This document shows positions 63,231 through 64,000 of a stretch of DNA of 64,000 nucleotides, one piece after another (the stretch's first letter is position 1; each line of letters opens with the position of its first letter). Location of the stretch: the NCBI GenBank assembly GCA_051313645.2, contig JBNRSN020000147.1, positions 1,178,001 through 1,242,000 on the forward strand, in the 5' to 3' direction. A program made the translations under genes and the position numbers. Below the pieces are notes generated by a model. It did not search any database and was not told the DNA's origin. It was given only the letters and a program-made list of their open reading frames with translations. Source of the stretch: Centroscyllium fabricii. Lineage: Eukaryota.

Positions 63231-63984
63231 GACTCATCTTTTATGCTCCATTTTTTTATTTTTACCTTATTCTCCCTTTCTTTTAGGTTTAATTTTATTC
63301 TCCCTCACAGATTCTGGGGTGGAGCTGTGTGGCGACACGCCCACCAAGACCATCGAATCCGCCTCGAGAGTACTGCGAGACACGGCCCCGCCCGCCGGGC
63401 GGCGTGACGACGTCACCGCGACTTCCGGCGTGATGATGTCACCGGGGCTTACGGCAGTGACGTCACCAACCGCGGGCCCTTTAAATATGCTGGTTCCAGG
63501 TGGCTCAGCCTCTTCGCTACCTGGCCATTGCTGTGTTAACAATTAAATGAGTGTTATCCGAATTCACTGTGTCCAGCGTGGTTCTTCAGGCCTGCATGCA
63601 CTACAAAACAATTCTGCTTTTCATTTTCAATAATAGATAAGGCGTTTCAAAATAAATATTGCCTGCATTGTTGGTTGGACATGTTGTCTTTTATTGTTTT
63701 GCAGTATTGTCAGCAGCAGGGTTACTTTGAGCACCCTTATTGCCATCATCTGTTTCTTTTGTTTGCTTTGCATTCAAAGCTGCACTCAAACAAAGGAAAT
63801 AAATTTCAGCCATAACGGCCCAGAAATTCGGGGCCCAACGCGTGAGTACGGACGGTGAACTCACGCGTGGGCCCATCGGAATTGCCGGTTTCCGGCATGC
63901 ACGCAAAACCGGCAATTCCGATCCAGGGACAGAAGGGGTCAGATGTGCAAGTGCGTTCGCGTGCACGCCAGGGAGTGCACAATG

Positions 63985-64000
63985 TGTGGTGTATGCACAC
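63985..64000. mobile_element. Probable start of another LTR element at the window edge
   Basis: Identity to the paralogous unit stops abruptly at tgtggtgtatg; TGTGG matches the LTR starts seen here. Confidence 0.45.

Larger units (their letters stand above)
59037..63605 (+). mobile_element. Gypsy-E: CsRn1/Kabuki-clade LTR retrotransposon, young
   Basis: 278-bp LTRs 59037-59314 and 63328-63605 (about 5 differences), TSD AAAC, tRNA-Trp-like PBS tggtgacctcga 59316-59327, PPT; empty site at about 56883. Confidence 0.97.
54830..64000. repeat. Tandem segmental duplication, at least 3 units
   Basis: 55150-57262 matches 58021-59036 + 63610-63984; 54830-55110 is an older copy of 56430-56706. Confidence 0.92.

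Noticed and set aside
6367-63605. env genes / endogenous retroviruses
   Set aside because: Integrase ends within about 230 nt of the 3' LTR in all five elements, leaving no room for env.

Overview
Eukaryotic, repeat-dense DNA, almost certainly a cartilaginous fish (HE1-like V-SINEs, SacSINE1/DeuSINE-like heads, CR1 LINEs). Most of the window is nested mobile DNA: five full-length Gypsy LTR retrotransposons with target-site duplications (TSDs), two solo LTRs, several CR1 LINEs, an ORF1-less CR1/L2-group LINE, a Penelope-like element with minimal hammerhead ribozymes, and Harbinger-, hAT- and Tc1/pogo-type MITEs. Two putative host genes lie on the minus strand: the 3' end of a gene with tandemly duplicated charged exons (52.9-63.8 kb) and a signal-peptide first exon with a housekeeping-type promoter (22.1-22.3 kb). 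Three observations stand out. (1) Four related YLDN-type Gypsy families have no tRNA primer-binding site; each instead has a co-varying 12-14 nt sequence complementary to its own LTR poly(A)-signal region, suggesting self-priming or poly(A) occlusion. (2) A LINE has a tRNA/SINE-type Pol III head, no ORF1 and no TTTT on its sense strand, a candidate Pol III-transcribed autonomous LINE. (3) A 4.75-kb TSD-less insert ends in a SINE tail and contains a hairpin with an ADAR-like T>C hypermutation pattern. All alignments and counts were done by eye.
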